Source of the DNA: Deltaproteobacteria bacterium UBA4427
Lineage (GTDB): Bacteria > Myxococcota_A > UBA9160 > UBA4427
Assembly (NCBI GenBank): GCA_002390675.1
Contig: DGPZ01000102.1
Span: 53,356 to 117,355 of the forward strand
Direction of reading: 5' to 3'
Length of the DNA: 64,000 nt
The stretch's first letter is position 1, and each line of letters starts with the position of its first letter. Below are positions 35,336-45,165 of the stretch, in pieces. Below the pieces are notes generated by a model. The model was not told the DNA's origin. It did no database searches and saw only the letters and a list, made by a program, of their open reading frames with translations. A program made the position numbers and the translations under genes.

Positions 35336-35992
35336 TCAGTCCGTTGCTAGGCCGATCGGACAGCTCACGCCGGTTCCCGCTAAGCTGCAGTAGCCGTTCG
35401 GGTTTTTGGCAAGATATTGCTGATGATATTCCTCGGCGAAATAGTATTCGGGCACCTCGCAGATCTCCGTCGTGATCTCACCGAAACCCGCCGCCGTCAG
35501 TTTTTTCTGGTACGCGTCGCGGGACGCAAGCACGAGGTTCTTCTGCTTGTCGTCGTAGTAGTAGAGGCCAGAGCGATACTGGGTGCCGGCGTCATTCCCC
35601 TGGCGCATCCCCTGCGTCGGATCATGGTTTTCCCAGAACAGCGTCAACATCGCTTCATAGTTTGTAACCGAGAGATCGAAGATCGCACGCACCGCTTCGG
35701 TATGTCCCGTGCGGCCGGTGCAGACTTCTTCGTAGGTCGGATTCGGGGTGATACCGTTTACGTATCCCACGGACGTACTGATCACGCCGGGCGCTTCCCA
35801 GAACTTTCGTTCAACGCCCCAGAAGCAACCCATCGCAACCATGATTTGTCCGAAGCCCGTGAAATCCGCTTCGAGCGGTTCTCCCGTGATGACGTGCGTC
35901 GTGGGAATGGGCATCCGCGCGAGGCGACCCGGCAGGGCGTCATCCGCGCTCACAATTTCGAGCTTCTTTCCAAGACTTCCGAACAGCGCCAT
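35336..35992 (-). CDS. msrA: peptide-methionine (S)-S-oxide reductase
   Basis: Active-site block [11 protein letters not shown]. Also [25 protein letters not shown] and [14 protein letters not shown] at 35992 is preceded by GGAGG. Confidence 0.9.
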   Translation of the reverse strand: MALFGSLGKKLEIVSADDALPGRLARMPIPTTHVITGEPLEADFTGFGQIMVAMGCFWGVERKFWEAPGVISTSVGYVNGITPNPTYEEVCTGRTGHTEAVRAIFDLSVTNYEAMLTLFWENHDPTQGMRQGNDAGTQYRSGLYYYDDKQKNLVLASRDAYQKKLTAAGFGEITTEICEVPEYYFAEEYHQQYLAKNPNGYCSLAGTGVSCPIGLATD

Positions 35993-36160
35993 GTCGCCTC
36001 CAACCGCCCAATTGCGGCGACGGGAGAATAAGGCTTCACGGCCCTCGCCGCCGCCCAGGCGGGGTGACTGCATGATACGCTCCTCCTCCCGGCAAATTTT
36101 CGGGGGTCCTAGACCCGCGGCCGGCGCGCAAATTCCGAGGCAAAAGAAGGAGAACTGGCT

Positions 36161-36952
36161 GTGCAGATCGCGACCTGGAATATCAACGGACTCCGAGCAC
36201 GGATGGATTACATCAAGCTGTGGCTCGAAGAGCGGCAGCCCGACGTCGTAGGCCTCCAGGAACTAAAGATGGAGGACGGAAAAGTTCCCCTCGCCGAATT
36301 TGAGGCTCTCGGATATCGGTGCGTGACTCATGGCCAGAAGAGCTGGAACGGCGTGGCGATCCTCTCCCGACTGCCGATCGAGCATTTGGAGTCCGGTCTC
36401 CCGGGCCAGGAGGAATTCGGTTCGCGCCTGATTCGCGCGCGGGTCGGTGAGGGCGACGCCGCGGTCGACTTCACGACGCTCTACTGCCCGAATGGGAAAA
36501 ATCTCGAGCACGGCGACTACGGACGAAAACTCACCTGGTTCGACTCGCTCAGGGAGTGGGCGGCATCATTCGTTGCGAAAGATCAGAGCGTCGTTCTATG
36601 CGGCGACTTCAACATCGTCCCCACCAGTCTCGACACATGGGATGAGTCTTCACACGCGGGCGGCATCTTTCATACGGATGAAGAGCGCGCGCGCATGTCC
36701 GCCATCATCGACCTGGGACTTACGGACCTCTACCGCGAGCGAGAGCCCGACACGCAGGCATTCAGCTGGTGGGACTACCGCGGTGGCTCGTTCCATCGTA
36801 AACACGGCCTCCGAATCGACTTCCTGCTCGGAACACCAGCGGTCGTCAAACGACTTCGCAAGGTCGAAATCGACCGCGACTTTCGCAAAAAGAAAGATGG
36901 CCTAACAGCATCTGATCACGCGCCTGTGATCGCGCACCTGGATGTCGGCTAA
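36161..36952 (+). CDS. xthA: exodeoxyribonuclease III
   Basis: [50 protein letters not shown] and the C-terminal SDHAPV. GTG start. Confidence 0.9.
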   Translation: MQIATWNINGLRARMDYIKLWLEERQPDVVGLQELKMEDGKVPLAEFEALGYRCVTHGQKSWNGVAILSRLPIEHLESGLPGQEEFGSRLIRARVGEGDAAVDFTTLYCPNGKNLEHGDYGRKLTWFDSLREWAASFVAKDQSVVLCGDFNIVPTSLDTWDESSHAGGIFHTDEERARMSAIIDLGLTDLYREREPDTQAFSWWDYRGGSFHRKHGLRIDFLLGTPAVVKRLRKVEIDRDFRKKKDGLTASDHAPVIAHLDVG

Positions 36953-37224
36953 AGCACGACGAAGCCCTACTTACACCACGATAAGGGCCACGCGAAGCGA
37001 AGGGCCCTAACATGCGAGGCTCTAGGAGCCGCCGAGCCTGCGGAATACTTCGCAGAAGGATTCCGCGACACCGCCTAAATTAACGGAACCCATACGAGTC
37101 GGTAGGCGCAAATAAATCTTCTCAGCACCCGCGACACCACGAGCTGAGAGTTCGCCGGGAAGAACGCCTCCGATGACGACGCGACCTGCTCAGGCAACAC
37201 GCTCGCCGACCAGCCAAGCCGCGC

Positions 37225-38910
37225 CTACTCTCGACGTGCGACTAGCACGTCACGAATATCCTTCTTCAGGATTTTCCCGGACGCGTTTCGCGGCAGCGGT
37301 TCATCCGACAACTCCACGATCGTCGGGATCTTGAACTTCGCGAGCTTGGCCGCGACATGCTCGAGCAGCGCATCAACATCGAGGGGATGCCCTTTCTTCG
37401 GCATAATCGCGACGGCCACCTCTTCGCCAAGCCGGTTATGGGGCATCCCGAAAACCGCTGCTTCGTGAACAGCTTCGAATTCGTAGATCACCGCTTCGAC
37501 TTCGGCGCAGTAGATGTTCTCGCCAGCACGAAGAACCATATCCTTCGCGCGATCCTCGACGAAGACAAAACCTTCCTCGTCAATGCGCCCGAGATCCCCG
37601 CTCTTTAGCCAGCCTCCGACGATCGTATCCGCCGTCGCGCTAGCCTTGTTCCAATAGCCGCGTATCAGGTTCGGCCCGCGGAAGCAGATCTCACCTACTT
37701 CGCCGGGTCCGAGGGGATTCATATCTTCGTCGAAACATTTCACTTCGAGAATCGGCACCGCGCGCCCAGAACTGCGCGGCTTCCGAATATAGTCATCGCC
37801 ACTATTCTGCGGACCGTAGGCGTTAGTTTCGGTCATGCCATAACCAAGGCCCGGGCGAGCACGCTTGAAGCTTTTATCGACGCGGCTCACTATCTCCGGA
37901 GGGGCAGGAGCGCCGCCGCCGCCGACCGAAGCAAGGCTCGAAGTATCCCGAGACTCGAAGTCCGGAGATTCTAAGAGATCGATGGTCATAGTGGGCACGC
38001 CCACGAATTGCGTGACGCGTTCGCGTTCGACTAACTCGAGCGCGCGCTCCGGCGTCCACTTGTACATGATCACCAGCTTAATGCCGTTGACGAAGCAGGA
38101 CATCATGACAGGGACAAGTCCGGTCACGTGGAAGAGCGGGACCGCAAGAATAAAGCACGCCTCGAAGGGATTAGGCTCCTTCGGCGGCTGCGTCATGACG
38201 CCGACGATCGCTCGACATGCGAAGGCCCGAAGCGCATTCAGAACCGCGTAGTGCGACGAAACCGCACCTTTCGGAAACCCCGTCGTGCCACTCGTGTAGA
38301 GTATCGTCGCGTCATCTTCCTCGTTCACTTCGACGTCGGGCATCGAGGCCCCAGCCGTCAGCACGTCTTCAAAACGATCGACGCCCGCCGGAAGTTCACC
38401 CTCATGACGAACACAAATCGCCTTTACACCGAACTTTTCAAGCGAAGCCTCGGCCGTTCGTGCGCGTTCGATGTCAGCCATCAACACCTTAGCGCCACTG
38501 TCCTCGAGGCCGTAGGCCATCTCCTCCGCTGTCCACCAAGCATTCATGCAGACTGCGATTCCTCCGACGGAAGTCACCGCGGCGAACGTAAAAATCCACT
38601 CGGGGTAGTTCCGCATGGCGATCGCAACGCGGTCACCCTTCGCCACGCCGTACCGATTCACGAGCGCGTCGGCTATTTCATCAACCCGCGCCATCACCTG
38701 CGAAAAGGTCCAGGTCTCGTCTTCATAAACGAGGAAGGTCTTGTCGCCGTGCAGCCGCGATTCATCAAAGGCCTGGCGCAGAGAGCTCTGAATATTCTTG
38801 AAGACCTTGAGTGTCTGACCGTCGATCTCTCGTTCGGCGATCTCAAAGGGCGAACCCTCCGCAGTCGTTAGGGCCGCGATCGCTTGGTCAAAATTCGGTA
38901 CTTCGGACAT
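37225..38910 (-). CDS. AMP-dependent acyl-CoA synthetase/ligase
   Basis: Adenylate-forming motifs ILYTSGTTGFPKGAV, GYGMTET, WLKSGDLGRIDEEGFVFVEDRAKD and PRNASGKILK. Confidence 0.9.
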   Translation of the reverse strand: MSEVPNFDQAIAALTTAEGSPFEIAEREIDGQTLKVFKNIQSSLRQAFDESRLHGDKTFLVYEDETWTFSQVMARVDEIADALVNRYGVAKGDRVAIAMRNYPEWIFTFAAVTSVGGIAVCMNAWWTAEEMAYGLEDSGAKVLMADIERARTAEASLEKFGVKAICVRHEGELPAGVDRFEDVLTAGASMPDVEVNEEDDATILYTSGTTGFPKGAVSSHYAVLNALRAFACRAIVGVMTQPPKEPNPFEACFILAVPLFHVTGLVPVMMSCFVNGIKLVIMYKWTPERALELVERERVTQFVGVPTMTIDLLESPDFESRDTSSLASVGGGGAPAPPEIVSRVDKSFKRARPGLGYGMTETNAYGPQNSGDDYIRKPRSSGRAVPILEVKCFDEDMNPLGPGEVGEICFRGPNLIRGYWNKASATADTIVGGWLKSGDLGRIDEEGFVFVEDRAKDMVLRAGENIYCAEVEAVIYEFEAVHEAAVFGMPHNRLGEEVAVAIMPKKGHPLDVDALLEHVAAKLAKFKIPTIVELSDEPLPRNASGKILKKDIRDVLVARRE

Positions 38911-38997
38911 CTCGCTTCTAACCTCTTTTACTGATATTTATTAAGAAACCATCGCACCCAGCGCCCCGTCCGCACCCGATGTTCTTAGGACCGGCGG

Positions 38998-39822
38998 TCA
39001 GACGCCGAACCCGAGCCAAAGACCGATCGAGATCGAGCCCGCTGCACTCGCCAAGCGCATCCCGGTGAACGCATTTTGGCGCCTAGAACGGCTCAGCGAT
39101 CCCGCGACATAGGCCATAGCACCACTCGCAACCGCCATAGCGACCGCGACGCCCAGCCCAAATAAGAGTAGATAGGTAAAACCCCGCGCGGGCGACTCAG
39201 CGCTGGCTGGCAAGAGGGCCAATATGGGCCCCGAACCCGCGAGTCCGTGAAGCGCGCCGATAAGAGAAGGTCCATGTGTCGCTGGCACATGCTCATGCTG
39301 GTGGCGATCTCGCCCGGGGTGCGCCAATTCACCTTGATGGGAATGCCAATGCGCGTGAGACCGCAAGCCATCGTGCTGATGAAAATGGAGGTGGCTGCGC
39401 TGTCTATAAAGTCGAATCAGCGCACTGATTCCCAAGAAAACCATCACACCGCCCACCAGGTGCTCGGCAATCTGACTCCAAGCCTCGGGCATCGACTGGC
39501 CTAGGGCCACAAAAACTGCGCCGACCAACATCAAGACAACGCCATGCCCGAAAGCCCACCGGAGCCCAATGCGAAGGCCCCGTGGAACATCTCTATTCAT
39601 GCCTCTGCTGACGCCGATTCTGGGGGGTGAGTGAATCGCCTCATCGGCCCGCGGCTCTTCTGAGGGCGCCTCCGTAGCAAAAACGGAGAGTGCCATGACA
39701 TGATCGGCGTCTAAGGCGTGTAACAGGCCCACCCCAAATGAAATCAGAAACCAGCCCTCAACGGCCAGCGGGACTTTGAGAGCTTCGATCATCCTTGCGA
39801 ATTCGGGCAGCGATTCCAACAC
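38998..39822 (-). CDS. nickel/cobalt efflux transporter, RcnA/NicO family
   Basis: NicO signature GLLHALDADH. His-rich loop HLHFHQHDGLRSHAHWHSHQGELAHPGRDRHQHEH. Second-half motif GALHGLAGSGP. GTG at 39822 has GAGGAG 4 nt upstream; the ATG at 39792 is the alternative start. Confidence 0.75.
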   Translation of the reverse strand: MLESLPEFARMIEALKVPLAVEGWFLISFGVGLLHALDADHVMALSVFATEAPSEEPRADEAIHSPPRIGVSRGMNRDVPRGLRIGLRWAFGHGVVLMLVGAVFVALGQSMPEAWSQIAEHLVGGVMVFLGISALIRLYRQRSHLHFHQHDGLRSHAHWHSHQGELAHPGRDRHQHEHVPATHGPSLIGALHGLAGSGPILALLPASAESPARGFTYLLLFGLGVAVAMAVASGAMAYVAGSLSRSRRQNAFTGMRLASAAGSISIGLWLGFGV

Positions 39823-40107
39823 GAAACTCCTCGGATCGAGCGCACGACCACGGGTAGTTGAGACGGCCGACGATAGCCCTTTCGGCTCTCCGGCCACGCG
39901 AAACCCCGTTTCCAAAACGAAAGAATGAGACCACAAGACGATTGACGCCTCGGCTCGACCTTTCCATCATGGAGAACTTCGGTTTAGTGACATTGGCCTG
40001 GATGAATTCAGACCCCTCGAGGGTCTGCGCCCTGCACATCTCATCTCGACTGAAGTCATCGCGGATCCCGCTTACGTTCAGGAACCAATCAAAAGGAGAC
40101 CGTCACC

Positions 40108-41835
40108 ATGGGTGATCAGCTAATTCGAGTCGACATGACGAACCTAACGGCAACCGTCGAGGACTTCCCCGACAAGTGGAAAATGCTCGGAGGCCGTTCG
40201 CTTTCCGCGCGGATCCTCGTGGAAGAATGCGAACCGACCTGCGACCCCCTCGGTCCCGAAAACTTGCTTGTCCTAGCCCCCGGCGTACTTTCCGGCACGG
40301 CAGCCCCGACTTCAGGCCGCATGTCCGTCGGCGGCAAGAGCCCCCTCACGGGCGGCATCAAAGAAGCCAATGCCGGCGGCAACCCCGCGCAGGACATGAT
40401 GAAGCTCGGCTTCCGCGTGATCATTGTTTCCGGACAGCCAGCTGATCGCGAAGCACGTTATGCACTCGACGTATTAGGCGACGACGTTTCAATCAAGGAA
40501 GTCCCCGACTGCAAGGGCATGTGGAATTACGCGCTCATAGAGCATCTCGCGAAGAGCTATACCGCGAACGCATCCTTTGTCTCGATCGGACCAGCGGGTG
40601 AGCGAATGATGCGCGGCGCTTCGGTCTGCTGCACGGACCAAGATGACGAAAGGCGCCCGGCACGGCACGCAGCCCGCGGTGGACTCGGCGCCGTCATGGG
40701 CGCAAAGGGACTCAAGTACGTCGCTGTCGACGCCGGCAAGACGGGCGTTCGGCACGGCGCGGACAAGAAGGCCTTCATGGCGCTCTGCAAGGGGATGTCG
40801 AAGACCTATCTCGGTGGCCCGCAGCCCATGCAATACGGCACGAGTCCTTCGGTCGACATGGCCCAGATGCTGCACACCTTCCCCTACAAAAACCGTGTCG
40901 AGGGCCAGAGCCCCGATGCTGCAACCCTCACGGGAACAGGAATCATCGAGAGCTTCGAGGAACGCGGCGGCGGCATGCATAACTGCATGACGGGCTGCAT
41001 CGTCTCGTGCTCAAACGTCGTGCACGACGTCGACGGCAACTATAAGACCTCCGCCCTCGAGTTTGAAACGCTGACGCTTCTTGGGGCTAACTGCGCGGTT
41101 GATACTTGGGACAAGGTCGCTTCCCTTGACCGCCTTTGCGACGAGGTTGGACTCGACACGATCGAGACAGGAGCTGCGATCGGAATCCTGATGGATTCCG
41201 GCGGCATGGAATGGGGCGACAACGAGGCAATGGAGAAGCTGATCGCGGAAGTCGCGTCGGGCAGCGACCGCGCCGATATGATCGGGCACGGCGCAGACGC
41301 GACCGGCAAAGCCACCGGCCATCACCGGATCCCGACGGTCCACGGACAAGCGATTCCTGCTTGGGACCCCCGGCCGCTCAAGGCAACGGGTGTCACCTAC
41401 GTGACGAGTGCCATGGGCGCGGATCACACGGCCGGCCTCGTCGTCAACCCTGGAGCCACTCCCGACCAGCTCGCACGACTATCCCAGGAGCAGCAGCATA
41501 TCAACGCTTCGATCGATGCCTCGGGATTCTGCATGTTCTTGATGCCTAACATGGAGCAGATTCGCGAGTTCTACTCCGCGTTCTTCGGCGAGGAGATCAC
41601 CCGCGAGCGCTTCCTCGACCTCACCTGGCAATGCCTCGCAGACGAATGGGAATTCAACAAGCGCGCCGGCTGGACAAAAGCCGACGACAAGATGCCCCAG
41701 TGTATGCAGGAAGATGCTGTTGGCCCCGAAGGCGCCAAGGTCGTATTCGACGTTGACGACGATGTCATTCAGGCGACCTACGAGCGCATGATCGAACCCA
41801 CCGAAGAAGTCTTCGCCAAGATGGGAGCTGCATAA
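40108..41835 (+). CDS. aldehyde:ferredoxin oxidoreductase family (tungstopterin-type)
   Basis: AOR N-domain LGGRSLSARILVEE...LLVLAPGVLSGTAAPTSGRMSVGGKSPLTGGIKEANAGG. The C-domain has a Cys cluster NCMTGCIVSC and IDASGFCMF. AAGGAG SD. Confidence 0.9.
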   Translation: MGDQLIRVDMTNLTATVEDFPDKWKMLGGRSLSARILVEECEPTCDPLGPENLLVLAPGVLSGTAAPTSGRMSVGGKSPLTGGIKEANAGGNPAQDMMKLGFRVIIVSGQPADREARYALDVLGDDVSIKEVPDCKGMWNYALIEHLAKSYTANASFVSIGPAGERMMRGASVCCTDQDDERRPARHAARGGLGAVMGAKGLKYVAVDAGKTGVRHGADKKAFMALCKGMSKTYLGGPQPMQYGTSPSVDMAQMLHTFPYKNRVEGQSPDAATLTGTGIIESFEERGGGMHNCMTGCIVSCSNVVHDVDGNYKTSALEFETLTLLGANCAVDTWDKVASLDRLCDEVGLDTIETGAAIGILMDSGGMEWGDNEAMEKLIAEVASGSDRADMIGHGADATGKATGHHRIPTVHGQAIPAWDPRPLKATGVTYVTSAMGADHTAGLVVNPGATPDQLARLSQEQQHINASIDASGFCMFLMPNMEQIREFYSAFFGEEITRERFLDLTWQCLADEWEFNKRAGWTKADDKMPQCMQEDAVGPEGAKVVFDVDDDVIQATYERMIEPTEEVFAKMGAA

Positions 41836-41839
41836 CATC

Positions 41840-43111
41840 ATGTCGGCAAGTGCGGCTCCTGAAACAATTCGGATCCAGGATTTTCTCCAACCGAAGCATT
41901 CGGAGGCCGCAACCGCCGCCTTTTCGATGATCGAGCACGTCCCCTTCGACCTCACGGTCGAAGGGGTCGTCCAGGCGGCCCGTGCTGAATCCGATGTCCC
42001 CGTCTTTGAGGACGAGGATTGGAACAAGCGGCTCGGCCACTATATTGAGCACGTTCTAGCCGATTCGAACTACACGAGGATGGGACAGTTCGGCACCTTC
42101 AATAGCCTCAAGCGCTATCTCATTCAGCGCTCTCGCTTGGAAGCGCTTTACAAAGCCCATCCCGAAATCGACGAGATTGAAATCGAGCGCCCCCTGATCA
42201 TCGCGGGGCTTCCGAGATCCGGTACCTCCCACATGCTCAACCTGATCGGCGCGGATTCGCAGCTACGCGCGCTGCGCAGGTGGGAATCGCAGGAACCCAT
42301 CCCGAGCGTTGCGGCGCGGACCGGCGCGGACCCCGACGACAGAATCGCTAACGGCCAGGTGGGAATGGACCAACTTGAGCTGTTGATCCCGCTCATGACG
42401 AACATGTATGACGTTCCGAATGATGGCATCCACGAGGAGGTCGAGCTTCAGAACATGTGTCTATCGACACTCTTGCTCGCGACGCCCCAGCCGATCACCC
42501 AATGGATGGAAGGCTATTTCGCGGAGGATCAACGCCCGCATTATGCGTTCCTGAAGCGCGCCCTAAAGGCACTGCAATTCCTCGAGCCCAAGGATCGATG
42601 GGTCCTGAAGAGCCCGCAGCATCTCGGCTTCATCCCAGCGCTTATGGATGTCTTCCCCGACGCCACCCTCGTCTGCACCCATCGAGATCCCGTTTCGGTT
42701 TTCACTTCTTGGATCAGCATGACCGTCTATGCCGCGCGCCTGTCGCGTCAGCCCATAAAACTCGACGAGGTCGTTCCACACGCTCAGCTCCTTCAGAAGT
42801 TGCTCCTCGACGGCATTGTTCGCGACAAAGACTGGCTGCCCGACGGCCGGACCGAGCACGTCTATTTTCACGAGTTCATGGCGAATGACCGCGCGACCCT
42901 CGAGCGCATCTACGAACGCGCCGACTTGCCGATGACGCCTAAAACCCGTGCCGAAATCGATCACTACATCGAAACCCATCCGCGCGGCCGCCACGGCAAG
43001 ATCGTCTACGACCTCGAAGGAGATTTCGGAATCAGCCGCGACAAGATGTACGACTATTTCGGCAACTACATGGACGCCTTCCCGATCCAGCGCGAAGAGC
43101 CCAACTCGTAG
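41840..43111 (+). CDS. sulfotransferase-family protein
   Basis: PAPS 5'-phosphosulfate-binding loop IIAGLPRSGTSHMLNL. Also WVLKSPQHLGFIPALMDVFPDATLVCTHRDP. It starts 4 nt after the AOR stop codon. Confidence 0.8.
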   Translation: MSASAAPETIRIQDFLQPKHSEAATAAFSMIEHVPFDLTVEGVVQAARAESDVPVFEDEDWNKRLGHYIEHVLADSNYTRMGQFGTFNSLKRYLIQRSRLEALYKAHPEIDEIEIERPLIIAGLPRSGTSHMLNLIGADSQLRALRRWESQEPIPSVAARTGADPDDRIANGQVGMDQLELLIPLMTNMYDVPNDGIHEEVELQNMCLSTLLLATPQPITQWMEGYFAEDQRPHYAFLKRALKALQFLEPKDRWVLKSPQHLGFIPALMDVFPDATLVCTHRDPVSVFTSWISMTVYAARLSRQPIKLDEVVPHAQLLQKLLLDGIVRDKDWLPDGRTEHVYFHEFMANDRATLERIYERADLPMTPKTRAEIDHYIETHPRGRHGKIVYDLEGDFGISRDKMYDYFGNYMDAFPIQREEPNS

Positions 43112-43238
43112 ACACACCCTCCGCCACCGAAGCAGTCACATCGCCAAAGATGGCGATAGGCGCAGGGCTCAGGATGCAGGCGCCTCTCGGCGCGGCGACC
43201 GCCCAGAGAGAGTTATTCAGCTAAGGAGCTTGATTCAA

Positions 43239-43625
43239 ATGAGCAAAGAAGAAGACAACAAGGCCCTCATGCGGCGGTGGTATGACGAGATGTGGTCAAA
43301 CCTGGCTTTCGAAAAAATCCCAGAGCTAGCCGGGCCGAACTACAAGCGGCACGACGTTCGTGGGACAAGAGTCGTCACTGCCGAGGAGTATCGCGACGAA
43401 CTCCTCCCGATCGCGGGCCAGTGGGAAATCTCTGACTTCTCATATTTCCTGATGGCCGAAGGCGATTTCGTAACGGCGATCGGATCCTGGAAAATAAACA
43501 GCTCTATGCAATGGGATTGGGTTCAGACCTTCCGCGTCGAGAACGGAAAGCTCGTAGAGACGTGGCTGCCCGCAATGGCGACGGAAGGTAAGTGGAAGTC
43601 CGAAGAAATTCCGTCACAGACTTAG
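43239..43625 (+). CDS. SnoaL-like/ester-cyclase (NTF2-fold) protein
   Basis: 128 aa. N-terminus NKALMRRWYDEMWSN is typical of the ester cyclase family. AAGGAG sits 10 nt upstream of the ATG. The upstream part of the 42948 ORF is non-coding-like. Confidence 0.75.
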   Translation: MSKEEDNKALMRRWYDEMWSNLAFEKIPELAGPNYKRHDVRGTRVVTAEEYRDELLPIAGQWEISDFSYFLMAEGDFVTAIGSWKINSSMQWDWVQTFRVENGKLVETWLPAMATEGKWKSEEIPSQT

Positions 43626-43749
43626 CCGTCCAAGTCATCCATCAAAAGAGGCCTCACACACACCCCCTGCGTGCCTCACGGCCTGGGGCTAGGCAGCCGC
43701 GATCGGAACCATTGAGGCACTGAGCGTCCTCTCCCGTGCATGCTGGATC

Positions 43750-43801
43750 TGTGAATCAGACGAATCGGCCATTCGCGAAACGACAGCCAACCTGATTCAC
43801 A
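43750..43801. repeat. 10-bp perfect inverted repeat (TGTGAATCAG ... CTGATTCACA) enclosing a smaller hairpin (CGAAT-cggcc-ATTCG)
   Basis: Read directly. It lies in the 222-bp gap between the convergent genes ending at 43625 (+) and 43848 (-). Confidence 0.6.
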
Positions 43802-43847
43802 CCCTTCCAGAATCGCTCGGACGGCCCCGTCAATAAGGCCTACGAAT

Positions 43848-44714
43848 TCAGCTCATCTTCGTGATCACGTCATCTGCAAAGCGCTTGATGCCATCGATCT
43901 TCTTGTCCAGATCCTCGGTCAGTCCGTGATAGAAGGCCCATGGCATAGTGAGAATGTGGTTCACTCCGGCGTCGCCCAGCTTTTGGTAGCCGTCCACACC
44001 GTGGGCATCACTTGCGCTCGCCATAACGTCGAAAGTGTCGCTCCGGCCAAGGTCTTTGCGATAGGCGCGAACTTTGTCGATGCACTCGATGATCTCGGCA
44101 CTCGTCTGCAAGTCGGAGAGCCAGCCGTCATTACGCGCTGCACGACGAAGTGCGAAATCTGAAATCCCGCCGACCCAAACGGGAATCGGCGCCGTCGGAA
44201 TCGGCGGCGTCAGCTTCAAACGATCGAAATCATAGAACTCTCCGTGATGTTCGAACCACTCTCCCGTAAGCGCTTTTTGAATCACTTCAAGCATCTCATC
44301 GGTTCGCGCGCCGCGGCGTTTGAATTCCTGCCCCACAAGCTTGAATTCGAGGTTCGACCAACCCACCCCGATCGTAAGCGTGACACGATCATTCGAAAGC
44401 GCCGCCGCTGTCGCAATCTGCTTAGCGGCCATGAACGGATTGCGCATAGGTAGTACGTAGACGTTAGTTGTGAATCGAAGGCGTTTCGTCACGCTCGAGA
44501 GCGCGCCTGCCAAAACCCACGGATCCGGAAAATGTGAAGTCTCGTCGTAGCGACGCACGCCGTCTTCCGTGTAGGGATACGGCGTATCGAGCGTCTCCGG
44601 ATAGACCGCATGATCAGAGGAAGCGATCGCCTCATAACCGGCTTCATCAGCCGCGATCGCGATCGGAACAAGGTGCTCCGGCGGTTGAAAGGCTGCCGAA
44701 ATCACGAACTTCAT
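43848..44714 (-). CDS. LLM-class (luciferase-like) flavin/F420-dependent oxidoreductase
   Basis: 288 aa. MKFVISAAFQPPEHLVPIAIAADEAGYEAIASSDH and the overall TIM-barrel LLM pattern (RLRFTTNVYVLPMRNP). Confidence 0.8.
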   Translation of the reverse strand: MKFVISAAFQPPEHLVPIAIAADEAGYEAIASSDHAVYPETLDTPYPYTEDGVRRYDETSHFPDPWVLAGALSSVTKRLRFTTNVYVLPMRNPFMAAKQIATAAALSNDRVTLTIGVGWSNLEFKLVGQEFKRRGARTDEMLEVIQKALTGEWFEHHGEFYDFDRLKLTPPIPTAPIPVWVGGISDFALRRAARNDGWLSDLQTSAEIIECIDKVRAYRKDLGRSDTFDVMASASDAHGVDGYQKLGDAGVNHILTMPWAFYHGLTEDLDKKIDGIKRFADDVITKMS

Positions 44715-44738
44715 GTCGTCTCCTGAAAATTCTGGCGA

Positions 44739-45161
44739 TTAGGCCGAAGGCTTGAAATGGATAAGAGTTTCGCGCCCAAGATCCTCAAAGGTCGCATGGA
44801 CGGGCATTCCCACGAAAACGGCGCCGGCTTCACAATCGACAATATTCGTCGTGAGGCGCGGTCCTTCTTCGAGTTCGACGATCGCTACCACGTAAGGCAC
44901 GCGCGGGCGCTGTGCCGGGTCGAGACCGATGCGATCTATCGTGTACGAATAAATTTCCGCGCGACCGCTCACGTCTTTCCAGGACCAATCATCCGAGAGA
45001 CAGTTCGGGCACCGGCTTCGGGGATAAAAGAAGAAGCCGTCGCGAGGACATTCCTGAAGCCGAAGCTTACCTTCTCGTGCGGCATCGAAGTAGGGGGCGC
45101 TCGTCGGCGTACGCCGAGGAATAGGCCGGCCGTTTTCTGCGAAGGGTTGCTCAACACGCAT
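44739..45161 (-). CDS. Zn-ribbon/OB-fold protein (DUF35 family)
   Basis: LRLQECPRDGFFFYPRSRCPNCLS zinc ribbon followed by an OB segment. It lies immediately downstream of the thiolase-like gene, the usual partner arrangement. Confidence 0.85.
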   Translation of the reverse strand: MRVEQPFAENGRPIPRRTPTSAPYFDAAREGKLRLQECPRDGFFFYPRSRCPNCLSDDWSWKDVSGRAEIYSYTIDRIGLDPAQRPRVPYVVAIVELEEGPRLTTNIVDCEAGAVFVGMPVHATFEDLGRETLIHFKPSA

Positions 45162-45165
45162 AATA

